The notes: a model not told the origin generated them from the letters alone. Positions 30,753-41,114 are shown, numbered from the stretch's first letter. The stretch: 64,000 nt of DNA from Candidatus Babeliales bacterium (GCA_963722075.1 CAVRJM010000001.1:832001-896000), one strand, 5' to 3'. Numbers and translations are program-made.

Positions 30753-31793
30753 TTGTATTTTAGTGATAGAAAGTACTTTATGCTACATACATTTTTTGCC
30801 ATAGTCTTGTTCGGTTATTTGCCCCTCTTACTAAGTATGGAGGCGCCCCGAGAAATTGCAGAATCCAGACCATTAGCTATTGGTGACTTATGCGATCAGA
30901 TTGATTATGTCAACAAAATTATTACATATAGAGCATTACCCTACGGCAACGTACCAGTTAGAAATTTAAAACAAATTAAATTAAATAGTTTATCAAACTT
31001 ACACAAGCAAGAAGACGCGAAAAAAGCTCCTGATTATAATCAGCCTTCAACCATCATACATTCTAGGTTTAGCTTTTGTCTTGATTTTTCTCATTTAAAT
31101 ATTGCGTCACTTAATGGTCTGAAAAAAATTAAAAAAAAACTAAGTAATTTAAGCAGCGACAGTGATTTTAAGTACTTCGATCTAGCTGAAGTTACTGCTC
31201 TTAAATTAAACGGTAATTGCTTAGAACGTGTAGATCTTGATAAAATTTTTAAATTATTTCCAAACGTTCGCACTATTGGGCTAAAAAACAATCAACTATC
31301 TGCTATTAAACATACAAATCCAGTAGAAAATTATATGGCCTTATATTTAACAAAAAATAACTTTACTCAACTACCAGTATTAAAAACTACCGTATCTTAT
31401 ATCAGACTACTAAACAATCCTTTATGCGCATCAGCACGGTTTAAAGCTCGTTTTCCATTTTTGAAACCGGCCTTACTAGATAGTATTTTAAGTTTAATTT
31501 TTGGAATTACCTGCAGTTTATTAGCACATACGGCTTTTAATTTCATAGAGCAAAAAATTCCAATCTCATATGAAAATACAAAAATATTTCTTTCTTATAT
31601 CCCCGTAAAAACGCTTTGTTTATTAAATAGTTGTATACCTATATATCAGCGATTTAAATGCAAAGAAGATATTATTTGTATAAGTAAAAATAAAACATAT
31701 ACACAGTCTTTGGCTGAGTTAGCAGTTTCTCTGCAATTTATTAACAAAAATTATTTTTGGCTTATTAGTAGTATCGTAAACAAACATGGTTAA
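30753..31793 (+). CDS. Secreted leucine-rich-repeat protein (paralog 1)
   Basis: Signal peptide LLS-MEAP (probable start 30780); LDFSHLNIASLNGL, LKLNGNCL, IGLKNNQL, LYLTKNNF; C-terminal hydrophobic helices. Confidence 0.75.
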   Translation: MYFSDRKYFMLHTFFAIVLFGYLPLLLSMEAPREIAESRPLAIGDLCDQIDYVNKIITYRALPYGNVPVRNLKQIKLNSLSNLHKQEDAKKAPDYNQPSTIIHSRFSFCLDFSHLNIASLNGLKKIKKKLSNLSSDSDFKYFDLAEVTALKLNGNCLERVDLDKIFKLFPNVRTIGLKNNQLSAIKHTNPVENYMALYLTKNNFTQLPVLKTTVSYIRLLNNPLCASARFKARFPFLKPALLDSILSLIFGITCSLLAHTAFNFIEQKIPISYENTKIFLSYIPVKTLCLLNSCIPIYQRFKCKEDIICISKNKTYTQSLAELAVSLQFINKNYFWLISSIVNKHG

Positions 31794-31824
31794 TCCAGAA
31801 GATATGCTAAGAATCATTGATATT

Positions 31825-32041
31825 AACAATGCAAGCATGGATTCATTTAGCTGCACCATTTTTAAAACATTTTTCCCTAAATGATACTCAAATCAATACA
31901 ATAACTGATCGGCTTTCTACTATTCTTGGATTAACACCTCTAGCCCTTGGTTTCATGAGCACCTTGATCAAGACATGGCACCATTGTAAATATAATCGCC
32001 TATAGAATAGTTGCTCGTATTTATGTAACAAATGGAGATTT
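31825..32041 (+). repeat. Direct repeat: orphan copy of the 3' end and downstream flank of LRR paralog 3
   Basis: Near-identical to 35912-36127 (MQAWIHLAAPFLKHFSLNDTQI...NRL* plus downstream bases). Confidence 0.9.
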
Positions 32042-32151
32042 ACAGATTATCCATAGTAAAATTCAGGTATTATTATTTTTTATTTTTAATAAATATTTAT
32101 AATGAATGTTATCACGTTCAGAAAGAATGGTTATGCATTTATTTTTATTTA

Positions 32152-33298
32152 CAGGACTTACGCAAGAGCATAAGAGTTCTCTTCAAAAGCATAAAATAAA
32201 CTAGATGGTGTAGGGGGTTTTGCGACCCGAAAGGATCTGACAGCTTGTTCAGTATTGTCGAAATTATCTTTTACCCGCCTTATGTCGGCTAAAGCATAAG
32301 CCCATAACACGAAAAGTAAATGCGCACGCTGCATGTTAAAAGAACGCATTTGGCATTCGCTGAATCCAAGAAGTTGTTTGGCAGTTCTATTGAAGCATTC
32401 AATTTGCCAACGAATCTTATATGTAGAAATTAGCTTCTCTTTGCCGAGCTGATGGCTACTGATAAGATACATAATTTTTTCCTTATCAATTTTTAACACA
32501 TAGAAATAACAGGAAAGACCAAAAATAGTGCCGTATCCACAAGCAAATCTGTTATTTTTTTTCAAACGTAAAATTTTTTGCAATTGTCCTGTTTTATTGT
32601 TAATAGTAACAACGCGATTTCTGGGAATTTTCATCAGAAATTTTATTGACCTGTTAAAAAGCTTTGGCAGAAGGTATTCAGTCGCATAATGGGCATCTGC
32701 AATTAACCAATTAAACCGAATTGATCCTAGAACACGCTCTATAATAATGTAAGCAATTTCACTTTTTGTCTTGTAATTGGTTTCTCCAAATACTTTGCTT
32801 ATCATAATCTCCGCATCAATCGGTATTCTTACTCTGGTATCAGTGATCATGCCAATTACAGACCGTAATCCCAAAGCTGATCTTTTCTCACTACTATCAT
32901 AAACAATTTCTAATCCTTCAATATCGTTAGCATATTGCTTATTTACGGGAGTATCATCGATTATCAAATATCTTTCGCAATTGCTAAGACTTTCTAGAGC
33001 AACATTTTGTAATGAGCTTGTTATTTCTGCTGCATTCTGGGCTGCTTTTTCAACTTCCCTATTGAGCACATCATGCATTATTCCCAGTGTTTCAGAAATA
33101 TTTGTGCAAACTTTTCGTGCCGTTGTTTTTAATAAACCCATTACATATTTTGGTGTGCTTGATTCTTCATTTGTATTTGTTATTCTCATTTCGGGTGTCC
33201 TTCTTTTTTGCTTTTGTTGTTTAATTCACAAAATTGAAGCACCCTTTTTTATTTATTTCAAGTCCCAATCAGAACTTTCGACCAATGCGTAAGTCCTG
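32152..33298 (-). mobile_element. IS element, IS701-like (DDE)
   Basis: 13-bp terminal IRs CAGGACTTACGCA/TGCGTAAGTCCTG; flanking direct repeat TTATTTA; single transposase. Confidence 0.9.
32158..33189 (-). CDS. DDE transposase (IS701-like)
   Basis: LIIDDT, IADAHY, YKIRWQIECFNRTAKQLLG motifs. Confidence 0.9.
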   Translation of the reverse strand: MRITNTNEESSTPKYVMGLLKTTARKVCTNISETLGIMHDVLNREVEKAAQNAAEITSSLQNVALESLSNCERYLIIDDTPVNKQYANDIEGLEIVYDSSEKRSALGLRSVIGMITDTRVRIPIDAEIMISKVFGETNYKTKSEIAYIIIERVLGSIRFNWLIADAHYATEYLLPKLFNRSIKFLMKIPRNRVVTINNKTGQLQKILRLKKNNRFACGYGTIFGLSCYFYVLKIDKEKIMYLISSHQLGKEKLISTYKIRWQIECFNRTAKQLLGFSECQMRSFNMQRAHLLFVLWAYALADIRRVKDNFDNTEQAVRSFRVAKPPTPSSLFYAFEENSYALA

Positions 33299-34847
33299 TT
33301 ATTTATTATCTTTTCATTAATAGTATCGATACACACTCCCAATCATGGCATGGAAGCGCCAGCTGACAAAGAAGATGCTGTTACCATTATTTCCATAGAT
33401 AACGAAAAATTAACCATTCCTACTAAATGCAGCAAAAGCAATAATGCCTGATTTGTATGATTTATGCATTCAGTTTAATGAATCAATAATAAATTTTAAT
33501 AACGAAAATGATAAACATCCAGATACCAAAAAATATAAAAAGTTGCCCATAATCAAGGAGTTAATAAGAATAGCCCAAGATTCTTTATATAGCCCAGAAT
33601 CAAAAAATATTAATTATATTTTTGACGCAGCGATCTATTTTAATTCTTCTTCTATCATTTTAAAACGATTAACCTATCATGCTCGAAAAAAAGTTTCACT
33701 AGAAAAACTGCGTCCAGAGATTCAAGCGGGAGTTTTCTCTTATTCTATTGAAGAACTTTTTGATGAAAAATTCTTCGATGTAAATAACATTGTAAAAATA
33801 CAACATGTTGAAACGGGCAGAGGAACTCAAGCCGGTGTAGTTCTTTATGAAACGCATTATTATAACCCATATCTGGATCTTTCAGATTACAATATTGGAT
33901 CGTTAGTTGGCTTATGTAATTTAAAAGAAAAAATAAAAGCGCATCGCATAAAAATAAAAGAACATATTGAAAAAGGTCAAACTAAAGATGGGTATACACC
34001 AACAAAAATTACCATTACAAATGGATACACCCAAGCAAAAGAGATTTACAAAATTAAACTCAATAAAAATGTTTTAACTGATAATTCGCTTGGAATTATT
34101 TCTTCATTCCATCAACATTTCCCTCGATTGAAAGTTTTAAAGCTTAAAAAAAATCAATTTACCCAATTTAATCCTACTTTTAACCCAAAGAATACAATGG
34201 TAGGATCCTATCTTTTTTTAGTGAGCCTTAACAACAATAACCTTAAAAAGTTACCTCAATATCAAAACTGCAACAAACAATTAATATTCAAAATAAAAAA
34301 TAATCCGCTCACTATAAGAAATCGGTATATAGCTCGAAGTGGGTCGCGCTTAAGAGATGTTTTTCTCTCTCCTTTAATAGGATTGAGTATTGCCTTAGGT
34401 ATTAACGCTGGAGCGAAATTATTGTATCGATCATTCTTGCATAATTATGTATCGCTTGCACCAAGCCATGAAGAAGCTATTAAAGAATGGGGTACTTATC
34501 CTCTAGGTGCATTTTTTCTATATGGTTTATTTAACAAATTTAGCTTTTCTCCTTCTATAACTCCGCCAATTTACAAAGTAAGTCGCCCATCCACCTATAC
34601 TGAATCTTTTTATGAGTTTCTAGAAGATATACTTAATATCAATTACGATCTGTTTATTGGTAATCCAAAAAAAATCTGTTCTTATTTTTTAACTAAAATT
34701 ATGAGAGCTAAACATTCACAATGAACAATTCCCATGTACCATTCAGTTTTATGTCTTCTATTGATTATAGCTTTCAACATATAACTATATTCATGGAAGT
34801 ACCTGAAAAAGAAAATTTCATCTATCATTATTTTACCAAAGGACATC

Positions 34848-36092
34848 ATGTTATTTTATTATCTAATTTTTTTATTAGGTTCAATGAGCTACAATTCTCT
34901 CTTAAGTATGGAAGGCCCCTCATCATCACCAGAAGATATAATAACGATCACTGATATCAATAACGAAACCTTTAGCATATCACGCGCTTCTTTGCAGCTA
35001 ATAACGCCCTCCTTTTCATCGTTTTATGAAGATTCAACAGAATTAAATTTTCAAGAATTGACTGATACAAGATCACAAGACATCTGTAAACATGCAACTA
35101 AAGCAATTATCTTAGAATTAGAAAAGATTGCTCAAGATTCATTATACTGCCCTCCGCTCGATGCTATTAATTATCTTTTTGAAGCAGCTAATTGTTTTGC
35201 ACATCCACTTATTCTAGAACGACTTACCTATTATGGGCATAAATACCTTCCCGTAAACAAGCAACATAAACTTATTCAAGCACAACATTATTCTTATACT
35301 ATAGCTGAACTTCTTAATGAAAAATTTTTTGACATAAAGACCATCATAAAGTATCAAGAAACGCATCATAGATTGTACGGTCATTGGCATGATGGCCATT
35401 CATATGAAAAGCTGATTTTTGAATATTGGCTTGATTTATCAGGGTACAATATTGGATCGCTTATAGGATTTGAAGAATTATGGAGTCAACTTGCTACGCT
35501 TCATGTCCCAAAAGAAACAATTGCCAGTACCAAATTTCCGCCCTATAGTGTAAAAGGCTGCCCTAAAAAAGGGTTAGTGTTCAAAATTAAACTTAATAAT
35601 AATGCATTAAGATCCATCAAACATTTAAATGAATTACTTAATTTATTTCCACGTTTAGAAATTATAAAATTAAATGATAATCCTCTAAGGCTTGTCGATG
35701 ATGAAATTACTAATATGCGATCTGTTACTATTAAAGCAAACAACCAAAAACATGAAATATTTCATAAAGCTCAAAATGCGCTTCTCCTTAAACGGCATAT
35801 TTTGCCACGCACTACTCCATCCAATAATACTCCGGCAAGCCTTGAACCCGGATATCTTTCAACAATTGGAACGTTAATAAGCCCTATTTTGATCGGCATT
35901 GGCGTTGGAGCAACAATGCAAGCATGGATTCATTTAGCTGCACCATTTTTAAAACATTTTTCCCTAAATGATACTCAAATTGATACAATAGATGATCGGC
36001 TTTCAACCATTGTTGGATTAACACCTCTAGCCATTGGCGTCATGAGCTCATTGTTAAAGACCTGGCATTATTATAAACATAATCGCCTATAG
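34848..36092 (+). CDS. Secreted BTB/Skp1-like + LRR protein (paralog 3)
   Basis: LLS-MEGP start; shares IAQDSLY, LERLTYY, YSYTIAEL..EKFFD, LDLS.YNIGSL.G and KIKLN.N.L with paralog 2. Confidence 0.8.
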   Translation: MLFYYLIFLLGSMSYNSLLSMEGPSSSPEDIITITDINNETFSISRASLQLITPSFSSFYEDSTELNFQELTDTRSQDICKHATKAIILELEKIAQDSLYCPPLDAINYLFEAANCFAHPLILERLTYYGHKYLPVNKQHKLIQAQHYSYTIAELLNEKFFDIKTIIKYQETHHRLYGHWHDGHSYEKLIFEYWLDLSGYNIGSLIGFEELWSQLATLHVPKETIASTKFPPYSVKGCPKKGLVFKIKLNNNALRSIKHLNELLNLFPRLEIIKLNDNPLRLVDDEITNMRSVTIKANNQKHEIFHKAQNALLLKRHILPRTTPSNNTPASLEPGYLSTIGTLISPILIGIGVGATMQAWIHLAAPFLKHFSLNDTQIDTIDDRLSTIVGLTPLAIGVMSSLLKTWHYYKHNRL

Positions 36093-36127
36093 AATAGCTG
36101 CTCGAATTTATCTAACAAATTGAGATT
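35912..36127 (+). repeat. Direct repeat partner of 31825-32041
   Basis: Direct nucleotide comparison. Confidence 0.9.
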
Positions 36128-36184
36128 TTAAGTTTTTTTCCTTATAATAACAGCTAACACTTCTTTTTGATCCTCAAATAATAA

Positions 36185-36261
36185 GTGCCCGTAGCTCAGT
36201 TGGATAGAGCAACGGATTTCTAATCCGTAGGTCGTAGGTTCGAATCCTACCGGGCACACCA
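36185..36261 (+). tRNA. tRNA-Arg(TCT)
   Basis: GTGCCCG acceptor stem, D-arm GCTCAGTTGGATAGAGC, anticodon arm ACGGA-TTTCTAA-TCCGT, GTTCGAATC T-loop, encoded CCA. Confidence 0.97.
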
Positions 36262-36312
36262 GTCATTTCCTTCAGAAATGCCTGGCAGGCCAGTTATTTC
36301 TAATGATTTATT
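36257..36312 (+). repeat. att-like hairpin core, copy 1
   Basis: CACCAGTCATTTC-CTTCA-GAAATGCCTGGCAGGCCAGTT...TAATGATTTATT. Confidence 0.85.
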
Positions 36313-36435
36313 TCAACAAAAGGGAGATTCTTTTAAGAGCCTATCCCTAGACTTTTTGACTATTTTTTAGTTTCAGATAGAATAAAATATATAAAGCTGC
36401 TTTATAGAAGCTAATTATTATTATGTCAGGTTATT

Positions 36436-37431
36436 ATGTATAAGAATCACAAAACATTTTTTTCCCTGGGGATCATATTCTTAAGTAGCATTTTCTGCTC
36501 AAAAACAGCTGCAATGGAAGAATCACGCTCTGAGCTCTGTAAACAAGTTAAAACCATAAGCCCAGAAGCTTCCCCGAAAGAATACTCTTCACTGGCAATG
36601 AGGCTGCGCGATGCAGGTTTATCTGTCGGTGAATGTGTCCGGAACCTTTGTGAGCGGAGAATTGAAAAAGCTAAACATGCCATAGAAAAAGAATGGGGTA
36701 TTACTCAGCGCGATTGGGATGCAATTGAGAAAAAAGTTGAAAGCATTAAGGCCCAAGATCAGCAAGAGGAACTTATGATATCAGTTGATCCTAAACTTCA
36801 GGAACGTCAGGAAGGAATTGGTGAACTTATCGCGCAAAAACTTTATGAAGCTGGATGTAAAGGTACTTTCATTCTTACTTATGCACCACCAAAAATTGAT
36901 GAAACAGGTCTTAGCAGATTTTTTGACGTGTTTGTAAGCCGTAATATTGAAGCAAAGGAATATCCGTTTGATTATGAGAATAAAAGAATAAAATATGAAA
37001 TCATAACAGCTGGAGATTTTGAGATAGAGATTGGGCCAAGGTTTTTTGAATATAGCCCTAAAGAACAAGAAGGTTGTTTGCTACATGAAATACGGGGTCA
37101 TGTTGTTCATAATGACTCAGTACAAGGTGGGCTTTTATCTACAAGCGCATGTATTTATAAGCCTGAACTTGTGGAGGATCGCTTGCCGTTCCGGAAATCA
37201 GATTCCGTACTGAAAAGATTTAAAGCTATTGAAGCTCGAGCAGATCAAGTTCCAGCAGCATGTATGACTGCCCATGAAGCTCAGCTAATTGAAGCATGGC
37301 ATGCTCGTAATAACCAAGAAACAACTTCTCATGATGTTGATAACTATCGCCATGATCTAATAACTAAACGTTTGGCTATGGCAATGCGAATTCGAAAATT
37401 AAAAGAAGCTGAAGAGCAGCTAAATATCTAA
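36436..37431 (+). CDS. Secreted protein with putative zinc-metalloprotease motif
   Basis: Signal peptide TAA-MEES; LLHEIRGHVVH and downstream EARAD (M48-like arrangement, HExxxH variant). Confidence 0.6.
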   Translation: MYKNHKTFFSLGIIFLSSIFCSKTAAMEESRSELCKQVKTISPEASPKEYSSLAMRLRDAGLSVGECVRNLCERRIEKAKHAIEKEWGITQRDWDAIEKKVESIKAQDQQEELMISVDPKLQERQEGIGELIAQKLYEAGCKGTFILTYAPPKIDETGLSRFFDVFVSRNIEAKEYPFDYENKRIKYEIITAGDFEIEIGPRFFEYSPKEQEGCLLHEIRGHVVHNDSVQGGLLSTSACIYKPELVEDRLPFRKSDSVLKRFKAIEARADQVPAACMTAHEAQLIEAWHARNNQETTSHDVDNYRHDLITKRLAMAMRIRKLKEAEEQLNI

Positions 37432-37889
37432 TAAGAATAATTTTTCAGATGGTTATTATATAGAATGCTTTTCCCTTGGGTTCATTGTTCTTGAAAAAGT
37501 TAGTAGTGGTATCCACTGAAAATCATCCTATCTTACCATAAGTTGCAAATATTCTACCGAACGGTAGTTATTGTGATATATTTATTCAAAATAATTCTAT
37601 GCTTCCAGCCCGTGACAAAATGTCACGACTTCACCTACTATACCAATGATGTTCAACCGTCGACAAATTGTCGACAACTCAATTTTAATGATTGAAATAA
37701 ATATTAATAGAAAATTGAAAAACGAAAGCTGCATGGCGGCCATAACTTTTTTCGATCTATTTTATAAAAATGTCGTGTATTAAGGAAAAATTCAATAAAA
37801 TATCGTTTTTACAACTTAAAATTTAAGTTATAATTACAAATATAATCTAAGATTGTTTATAGAAAGTTTTATTATTTATAGGAAAATTT

Positions 37890-39404
37890 ATGCTCAAAGG
37901 TTTAAGTTTCATTGCTCTTTTTTTTGTTTTTTCTGTGCAAGCAATGAAGAAAGATCATTTAAAATTTTTAGAACTATCATCAAAATGGTTTAAAGAAGAA
38001 AATAAAAATCCACAAAAGCAGGAATTACAAAGAATGGAAATGTCTGAATATGAGAGACATTTAACCCGTTTAGAATTAGAACCAGAAGAATTTAAGGAAA
38101 CAGTAGAAGAAGCTGCAAACGAAAATTTTATAAATTTTCCTGATGAACATGGCAAAACTATATTACGGAATGCGATATATTTAGGAAAACCCGAACATAT
38201 TAAAATATTGTGTTCGCATAAAGCAGATCCTTTTGTGAGTGGCCATTATGGTGAACATGCATTTCATGATGTTGCAAGATTAGGGGATCTCGCAACACTT
38301 CGTCTGTTGCTTAGATACCATAGCAGTAACCCCATCTGGGAATCTATTAGAAATGACCATAATGCTCAAGAAAGGGCTGTTAATTCTCCCTTATTTTATG
38401 CTCAAAAAAATGGGCATGATGTATGTGCATTTGTACTTAAGAATTTTCATAAGTATAACAAACCTATAACTAAAGCAATAATTTTTGGCGATATCGATGC
38501 TCTTAAAGAGCATTTAGAAAAAAGAGATATTTCTGAGATTATTGATCGACCAATTACTGGCAATTATACTCGTAACAATTTAACTGGTTATTGTACCCCT
38601 TTAACCTTTGCTATTTTGGTGCAAGATTATGAAATGGTTAAATATCTTTTAGAAAATGGTGCTCGAGATCCAGGTACATTTCTTACAAAGTACTTGGCTA
38701 AAGATATACCAAATGAAATTAAGAAACTTTTAAAAAAATATAATATTCAATTACTTCCATTTAAACAATATCAATTAAAGAATTGTAAACAAATGGCCCT
38801 CAGCAATGCTGTGCTTAGCGAATTTAAGCCAAAAGTGACTAAAGCTCTTAAATCTGGTGCAACAATTAATGGTTTTGATCATAAAGGAAATACCGCGCTT
38901 CATTGGGCATGCACCATAGGCAGCCCTGTAATGATTGATTTATTGTTACAATTAGGAGGTGACCCTAATATAGTTGATCGTGATAAACAGAGAACTGGGT
39001 TACATTGGCTCTTAAGAATGCACAAACAATCAGTCAAGAAGCATGAAGCCCAAATAGCGACAAGTATACTTTTCCCCTGTTTGTTTTTGTTGGTTTCTGC
39101 TGGGGCAGATCCTAACATTAAAGATGATCAAGGCAAAACATTTTTGGATTGGTTAACAGAAAAATTTAAGGACGACCACAAAGAATTAGCACATCGAATA
39201 TTAGAAGTGAGGTCTCTTTCTAGCGCTGAACGTATAAAATTATTAGAAAATATCTTTGATTTTCAAATGCATCAAATGAATAAATGGCATTTAAAAAGCA
39301 AAAGCTTTGATTTAAGAGATGTTGCTCATATTAAAGCTGTTTGTGTAAAAAAGTCGGGACAGAATTCAGATTTTAAGGATATTTATAAAAAATATACTTC
39401 ATGA
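37890..39404 (+). CDS. Secreted ankyrin-repeat protein
   Basis: Signal peptide VQA-MKK; GKTILRNA, TPLTFA, GNTALHWA, RTGLHW repeats. Confidence 0.88.
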   Translation: MLKGLSFIALFFVFSVQAMKKDHLKFLELSSKWFKEENKNPQKQELQRMEMSEYERHLTRLELEPEEFKETVEEAANENFINFPDEHGKTILRNAIYLGKPEHIKILCSHKADPFVSGHYGEHAFHDVARLGDLATLRLLLRYHSSNPIWESIRNDHNAQERAVNSPLFYAQKNGHDVCAFVLKNFHKYNKPITKAIIFGDIDALKEHLEKRDISEIIDRPITGNYTRNNLTGYCTPLTFAILVQDYEMVKYLLENGARDPGTFLTKYLAKDIPNEIKKLLKKYNIQLLPFKQYQLKNCKQMALSNAVLSEFKPKVTKALKSGATINGFDHKGNTALHWACTIGSPVMIDLLLQLGGDPNIVDRDKQRTGLHWLLRMHKQSVKKHEAQIATSILFPCLFLLVSAGADPNIKDDQGKTFLDWLTEKFKDDHKELAHRILEVRSLSSAERIKLLENIFDFQMHQMNKWHLKSKSFDLRDVAHIKAVCVKKSGQNSDFKDIYKKYTS

Positions 39405-39431
39405 ACATTTTTAAACTGTCACAGTATTACA

Positions 39432-39767
39432 ATGTCTACATTTAATTCGATGCCTAGAAAAATGCATAAATATGATGTATTAAAATCTCATATTATGGCA
39501 TTTATTATAGCTTGCATATTAGTTGTAATAGCCCATTATTTCGCCGTTTGGCTAAATAATTATCATTTTCTTTCTGCAGAATGTATTTCATGGATCCAAT
39601 CTTTTAGTATTATTCCAATGGCAGTAGTTGTATATGGTCAGTTATCCTGGGATATTCAAACATGGGATGGGAAAACGCCGGCAGAGAAATTGAACAAAAA
39701 TTTGTTTAAAATAATTTCAGCCATTGGGTTTTTCTTTGCAATATTAGCATTTCATTTAAAACCATAG
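39432..39767 (+). CDS. Small three-TM membrane protein
   Basis: Three hydrophobic segments, 111 aa. Confidence 0.6.
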   Translation: MSTFNSMPRKMHKYDVLKSHIMAFIIACILVVIAHYFAVWLNNYHFLSAECISWIQSFSIIPMAVVVYGQLSWDIQTWDGKTPAEKLNKNLFKIISAIGFFFAILAFHLKP

Positions 39768-39783
39768 GTTGAAGACTCGAGGC

Positions 39784-39974
39784 ATTTTTTTAGTATTCTT
39801 CTAGAGAGATATTAAATGACCGAAACATCAGTCTTCGCTACCAGCTTCGCCTGACACGGCAATCTGGATATGTGTACGTATAATCAATGGTCAAAATATT
39901 ATTCCTGAATGCATCTACTATGTGGCACCAGTCATTTCCTTCAGAAATGACTGTCAGGCCAGTTTCTTTAATGA
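39784..39974 (+). repeat. About 190-bp module-end repeat with hairpin core, copy 2
   Basis: Aligns along its length with 49679-49866; its right end aligns with 36257-36312. Confidence 0.88.
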
Positions 39975-39995
39975 TATATTATAACTTAATCAATT

Positions 39996-41114
39996 ATGTT
40001 GAAAGATAACACGTTGAATACTCTTGATAACATATTTCATAAAGGCGATTCTTGTTTTTTATTTAGAAGTTTTCCGTTAGATTACAAGTTGCATAATTTA
40101 GTTGAAAATCCTATCAAAATTCATGAAAATATATATTTAGTACAGACACCTTCCATTTTAAATAATACAAAAACTAAAGAAACTATTGCTACAACAGAAT
40201 GGATTTGCCAAGGGTTTCATTTAGGTATTGGCTATTCACATGTCAGCATAAAAATTGATTCATTAGAGGAATCAAGAGAAAAACTTTTCTGGTCTACAAT
40301 CGTTGCATTTTTTTTAGTTAAGCCTCTTTTTATACATATTTCTGGACAATTTAACTATGGTGATCCTGATAACAATTTTATCAATAATCCAGGGAAATAT
40401 GATCTAAGATCAAATCTAAGTTTCAGTTTATCGCAATTTAATACTCAACCACAAAATTGGCTTTCTTATAACACACAAGATATTGAAAATGTAAAACGAA
40501 TCCTACCAAGCTTGCTTGATTGTTGTAACGATAATATAAACCTAAGACAGTTTTTTAATATTCAAATGTTCCTACAAATTTTCTTCTTCGAAAAACTTCA
40601 CTTTGCAAGCTCTCTTTATCAAAAATTATTTCCTCTTTTGGATTCTTTAGCGGGAAATCCTTCAGATTTTAATGTTAGCGAACGATTGGGTAAATTTTTA
40701 GCAGACATTTCATTTAATGAGGGTACTAACCGCACAAGCGAAACACTTGTTAAAGATCGTTTAGCTCATATTTGGGGATTACATAGGTATCCAGAAGTAC
40801 ACGGACATATTAAAGAAAACTATCTAAAGGCAGATATTGCTAATTCAGCTAATATATTTCCAGATAAAAATAACTCAAAGGATCTAATGGATCTTGCTGA
40901 AATGGCCCGAGTATCTTTTTTAAAAATACTATTATTAGATGAATCTAACAGAAAAAAATATGATAATATTCCGATTCCTCCAACGGGTAAAAGTCGATCA
41001 GAAGCAAAAAATGAAAATAAATTTAGAGATATGCAAGCGGAATCTTTTTTTAATTGTGAATATAATAATTCAGATATATTAGTTTTTTATTCTGATCTAA
41101 TTAATTCAGAATAA
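39996..41114 (+). CDS. Hypothetical protein with putative HEPN (ApeA-like) C-terminal domain
   Basis: LDSLAG...VSERLGKFL...LHRYPEVHG gives an Rx4H motif in helical context. Confidence 0.5.
   Translation: MLKDNTLNTLDNIFHKGDSCFLFRSFPLDYKLHNLVENPIKIHENIYLVQTPSILNNTKTKETIATTEWICQGFHLGIGYSHVSIKIDSLEESREKLFWSTIVAFFLVKPLFIHISGQFNYGDPDNNFINNPGKYDLRSNLSFSLSQFNTQPQNWLSYNTQDIENVKRILPSLLDCCNDNINLRQFFNIQMFLQIFFFEKLHFASSLYQKLFPLLDSLAGNPSDFNVSERLGKFLADISFNEGTNRTSETLVKDRLAHIWGLHRYPEVHGHIKENYLKADIANSANIFPDKNNSKDLMDLAEMARVSFLKILLLDESNRKKYDNIPIPPTGKSRSEAKNENKFRDMQAESFFNCEYNNSDILVFYSDLINSE

Larger units (their letters stand above)
32133..34724 (+). pseudogene. BTB/Skp1-like + LRR protein (paralog 2), split by an IS and a +1 frameshift
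   Basis: Removing the IS and one 7-bp duplication restores MHLFLFIIFSLIVSIHTPNHG-MEAP...; an extra A at about 33425 separates this from ORF 33444-34724. Confidence 0.8.

Noticed and set aside
37468..37495. Weak similarity to 50030-50058 (TTTCCTTGGGT...TTCTTGAA)
   Set aside because: Too short and gapped to distinguish from chance in AT-rich DNA.
39900..39930. Degenerate tRNA copy before hairpin copies 2 and 3
   Set aside because: Only CACCA matches the tRNA; no T-arm or cloverleaf is visible.
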